DNA from: a virus
Taxonomy: Duplodnaviria > Heunggongvirae > Uroviricota > Caudoviricetes
Reading direction: 5' to 3' (one strand)
Virus record (IMG/VR): IMGVR_UViG_3300028591_000092
Coordinates: 1 to 43,661 of that record
Length of the DNA stretch: 43,661 bases
A program made the position numbers and the translations under genes. Below the pieces are notes generated by a model. The model was not told the DNA's origin, searched no databases, and saw nothing but the letters and a program-made list of their open reading frames with translations. Shown in pieces: positions 39,516 through 43,661 of this stretch. The first letter of the stretch is position 1. Every line of letters begins with the position of its first letter.

Positions 39516-42500
39516 TTAACAAATTTCTTTTATATTATCATACATTTTAAGAAGAACAGATTCATTTAGTATAAAGTTTATATTAAGATCACTTGTGGTT
39601 TCTTTAAAGAAATCGGAGTTATATCTTCCTAAAATAGAAGCAACTGTGTTATCTAAAGAAACTGGATTAGAATTTAACTTAAACAACTATCTAAATCCAT
39701 TATTCATTGCTAACTTTATGAACTCTAATTCATTAGTTTTTTCATTAAAGTTAGCTGTGTTTTCAATATATCTTACTATAAATTCCTCTGCCTATTCAGT
39801 TGTTGACTCATAAACAGACTTCTAACTTAATATTTCTTTAACGAGACTGTTTTGCTTTCCTTCTTCAGATTGCATATAATTTCTAACACTATCAATCAAT
39901 CCAAAATAAGCTTCTGGCTATTGTGCCTACATATTAGCTAATGCTATATGTGTAAACTCATGCAATGATTGTTTTGCTATGTATTCGCCATCAGTCATTG
40001 TTGGTGGCTTTTGACTAGTATTTATATATATTATACCATCTTTAATATAAGCAAAATTCGTGTCACTAGAATCATCTATTATTTGTATATCTACGCCAAA
40101 CATTTCCTCGAGCTAGTCTACTATCTTTAGACCTTTTTGCGTCATTGTGTCAAGCATGTCTAACTTTGGAGATATATAAGATATATTAAGCTTGATTTGA
40201 TTTGGGTCATTACTATATACTCGTAACTGTTTGTTATCAAAGAAGTGTCTATCGACTTTTTTCACATTATAATCTCCAGAATCTGTTATCTCCAACAGAA
40301 GTAATGTTCCATTGTTATCTGATAAAACTTTATAGCAATTCTCAATATCGCCAGTTCTTTCTATAATAATGTTTCCAGGCTTAATAGAAGTTGTTGTATT
40401 TAATAATGTATGATCGTATATATTTCTAACAGCCCAGTCACCATCCATATATTCATATTTAATTAATGATGAGTTACTCATTTCAATTGGATTACTTTTA
40501 GTAAAACCAAATGTTTCAGGATAAATCGCAAATGATTGTTTCTTTTCAGAGCTTGAAACAATTACTTGTAATTTTTCCATCATTAATTTGAATGACTTGT
40601 CAGGATTTATAGGATGTTTAAATATTATCTTAGATACATTTTTAATATCAACAGCAGAAATATTATTATTATTATCTTTTACCAGTAAAACAGAATCACT
40701 TTGCTTTCTGTAGAAGCTATACGTAGTATCATTATATACTATTTGATCTCCGATTTGTAAATCTTCACCAGGATTATAGTAATCAAACAAATCTTTCGTA
40801 ACATCTACAATAGAGTTTTTAGAGCTTGATACAGAGTCAAACTAATAATTACTCTTTGCAGATTTAACCTCAGCTCTATCAACGATTTTGTTTATTCCGT
40901 CTTTAGATACTATTAACTGTTTTTTATAGTTACCACTTTCGTCTCTATCATATACTATATCAGACACAATCCAATCATCAAGTCCAATCTTTACTTTGTC
41001 AGTTATATTTATATTCTCTATTTTCGTAAGAGAAAAACCTGAATATTTGTATTTATTTGGATTGAGTTGCACAAGCGTATATAATGGAGATCTTTTTATC
41101 TGTGCAGTCTTTTTATATTTAGAAATCTCTTGATCGGACAGCTAAAGAACATGTGGCTCTTTTTCATTTATTGATACAAATGTATGATCGTTTCCTTTCT
41201 TTTTTCCTAAATATAAATAAGTTACTCCATCTTTTTGGTACTTATCTCCGATACTAAATGTATCATCTTTATAAGACGAATAATAATACAATTTAGGATC
41301 AGCAGTTAATCTATTTTGATACAACGTTAACTCTGCTAAACATAATTTCTTAAAATGATCATCTATCTACAGCTATTTCAAATAAGAAATATACTAATTT
41401 ACTTTTTTCTAATCAGCAGAACTCAATTTTTCTATGTTTCTTTGATAATTAGGCTCAATTCCTATTTTTGGATTTAGAATTGAAATAAGTAAATTAATTT
41501 TTGCATTTTCTGTAGTAGAACTATTTCTCTAAATTAAATTCAGTTCAAGCAATGCGTCATATACTTCATTAATTTCAGTAGCTAGAGCTCCTTCTCTGAT
41601 TATTGCAAATGATTGATCTCCTTGCTTAACAACAAACGATCTGTTAACTCTACGTGGCAACTATTCTCCATCGTCTGTAACGATCAAGTCAGAATCATCA
41701 GGCAATGCATTTAAAAGCTTATTAAACAAGGTGTTTCCAGATTTTCCATGATAGTAATCTTTTAACTCAGAAATTTTAGCAAATGTGCTAGAAGAACTTA
41801 ATGGTAATTCTGCTAAGATTTCGGTTACAGATTTCGTGTTTGCTAAAATTTCATCAGTTATTATTTTTACCTGTTCTGCAGACATCCCAACTGTCATTGG
41901 ATCTGTAGATGAAGTTTCAACTCCTTCTATACTTGTTTTATATCTAAAAGTCCTATTTCCAGACTATACATCGACAGAAATATATAAATTACCATCTGTT
42001 AATTTATATGACGTTTTAATAGTACCGCAATTAAGATCTTTAAATAGTTGCTTGATATTTAGATCAAATCCCTTTACAGATGTAGCCTAAACAAATGGAG
42101 CATCAACATAGAACCAACTATCTTTTAAATTAATTTGTTTACCGTTAAACACGGCTGATTTTGAATCACTCTTTAGAGCTTCTATTATAGCTCTTAACTT
42201 TTCTATTCCAACTTGTTCAATTACACTATTAATCTGCCCAGATTGAGTTTTCTAATCATATTCTCTATATGCCTTGTCTAGCATACTAGGAAGATCTAAA
42301 TATTGCTGTACTCCAGATCTAACTGCAGTATTTAACGACGAAACCGCTCCCTTTCTTGTGATTAAATCATATAAGAAGAATAATTCTCCTATTGAAATAA
42401 CTTTGCCATCTATTGTCTTTAACCCAGAAGAATTTTTCATTATTGTTTCAAACTAAACCTTTGCTTGATTTACATTTGCTATTTCACTCTTATCTTCTGT

Positions 42501-43661
42501 GTTAAATGCATTATATTTAATTGTCCAGATCTTTTGTTTAGTGTTCCAATCTTCCTTCTATTCCAAAGACTGCATAAAGAAATTATCTTTATACTATTGC
42601 ATTAGCTTCGGAATAATTGTGTCGTTTAGAATTCTAATAAAAGTATTTGTCCCTTGATATGTTTTAAAATCAAACACAGTATTCATGCCAAGATTAAGCG
42701 TAGTCTTTCCAAATTCGGATTCTATATCACTAACTTTAAATGCATACTGTAGTTTATTTTTTAGCATATCAGATATAACTATATGTCTGGCAATGTCTTT
42801 TATCTTTATATATATATTATAATCACTTTTTGTTAAATTATTAGGAACGTCTGGCTAATCTTCTGTACTAAACTCTTCAGAGTTTTCTTCTTCGTTAAAA
42901 TCGCCCATAAGCTATTGAGTAAGACCGGCAACGAATGCAACATTCTATATAGATTTTAATGAAAAGTTTACTCCGCTAAGCTGAGCTCTAAAGCTTGGAC
43001 TATTTAGGATGATGTCTATGTAGTTTATTCCAACTTTAGTCATATCACAATATTCAGAAAGTCTTTGTGCATAATCACTGTCAGTAAACATTCTGTCAAA
43101 ATCAATAGGCTAATTCACTATGTCAGAATAGCGTTTATTTCCATTTTCATCAGTAATATTTGCAATTGTGCTTATAATAGAAACGCCATCAATTCCTTTA
43201 CTTTCACTTAACAACTAATCTCTTTCCAATTTCAGCCTCGACAGAGAACTAACCCATGCAAGTAATTTTTCATATTTAGCATCAACGCCCTGATTTACCT
43301 TATAGAAACTTGTAATTGCTCTTAACTCTTGTGCGAAATCATATAACTTTAGTAAAGATTGTGTTGTTATTTCATCATACACTTTATCCTTACCTAGCTA
43401 TTGTATTACATCTCTCACATTAAGCTTCTTTGTTCCGCTTACGAATCTATTAGCTGACATTCTATCTGCAATAGCGTCCAACAGGTTAACACAGACTTTA
43501 ACTACAGAATACTAATCCATTCCAAGGGAAGTCATTGCTAATGGTAATGACATCAACTCTGGAGTTGCATTTAATCTTGCTAATGCTAACACTTTAGCAT
43601 TATCAGTCGCTAATGATATATAAACACTTAACTAGTCTGCAGCATTTTCTTCAAACTGAGT
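39516..43661 (-). CDS. Virion RNA polymerase, C-terminal part with zincin domain, TAG-recoded, 5' truncated
   Basis: Single frame of about 1380 codons with about 28 TAG and no TAA/TGA. SLATDNAKVLALARLNA (ATDNAK at 43593-43610) and KVNQG resemble crAss-type RNAP; HEFTH...EE zincin motif. The catalytic DxDxD motif is not in the window. Confidence 0.8.

Noticed and set aside
39500-39530. Programmed frameshift joining the two - strand frames
   Set aside because: A clean TAA followed by ATG explains the frame change.
34965-42456. + strand ORFs over the late block
   Set aside because: Antisense shadows of the long - strand genes with no recognisable motifs.
34856-43661. Pseudogenised or error-rich region
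   Set aside because: All interruptions are TAG in a constant frame with no indels, and catalytic motifs are intact.
1-43661. CRISPR array, rRNA, integrase, inteins
   Set aside because: No repeat-spacer periodicity, rRNA-like segment, recombinase motif or in-frame intein insertion was seen by eye.

Overview
Part of an AT-rich Bacteroidota phage genome with crAss-like (Crassvirales) organisation. The + strand (1-34805) is a dense replication and nucleotide-metabolism block in the standard code. It carries tRNA-Arg and tRNA-Thr, metallophosphoesterases, an M28-like peptidase, ClpP, a CofE-like glutamyl ligase, a GMP reductase/IMPDH-like enzyme, ThyX, PolA, SF2 and DnaB helicases, primase, nucleases, NrdD/NrdG with thioredoxin and a ferredoxin-thioredoxin reductase-like subunit, dUTPase, DNA ligase and YqeY. 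It converges at a bidirectional terminator (~34812-34851) with a - strand late block. That block looks fragmented in the ORF track but resolves, if TAG is read as sense (probably Gln), into two very large genes: the C-terminal part of the virion RNA polymerase with a zincin domain (>43661-39516) and a 1552-aa probable ejection protein with a RecB-family nuclease domain (39514-34856). Two group I introns interrupt dnaB (in the Walker A motif) and nrdD. The nrdD intron encodes a GIY-YIG homing endonuclease that is intact only in the TAG-reassigned code, although it sits inside a standard-code gene. All translations, counts and pairings were done by hand; no database searches were run.
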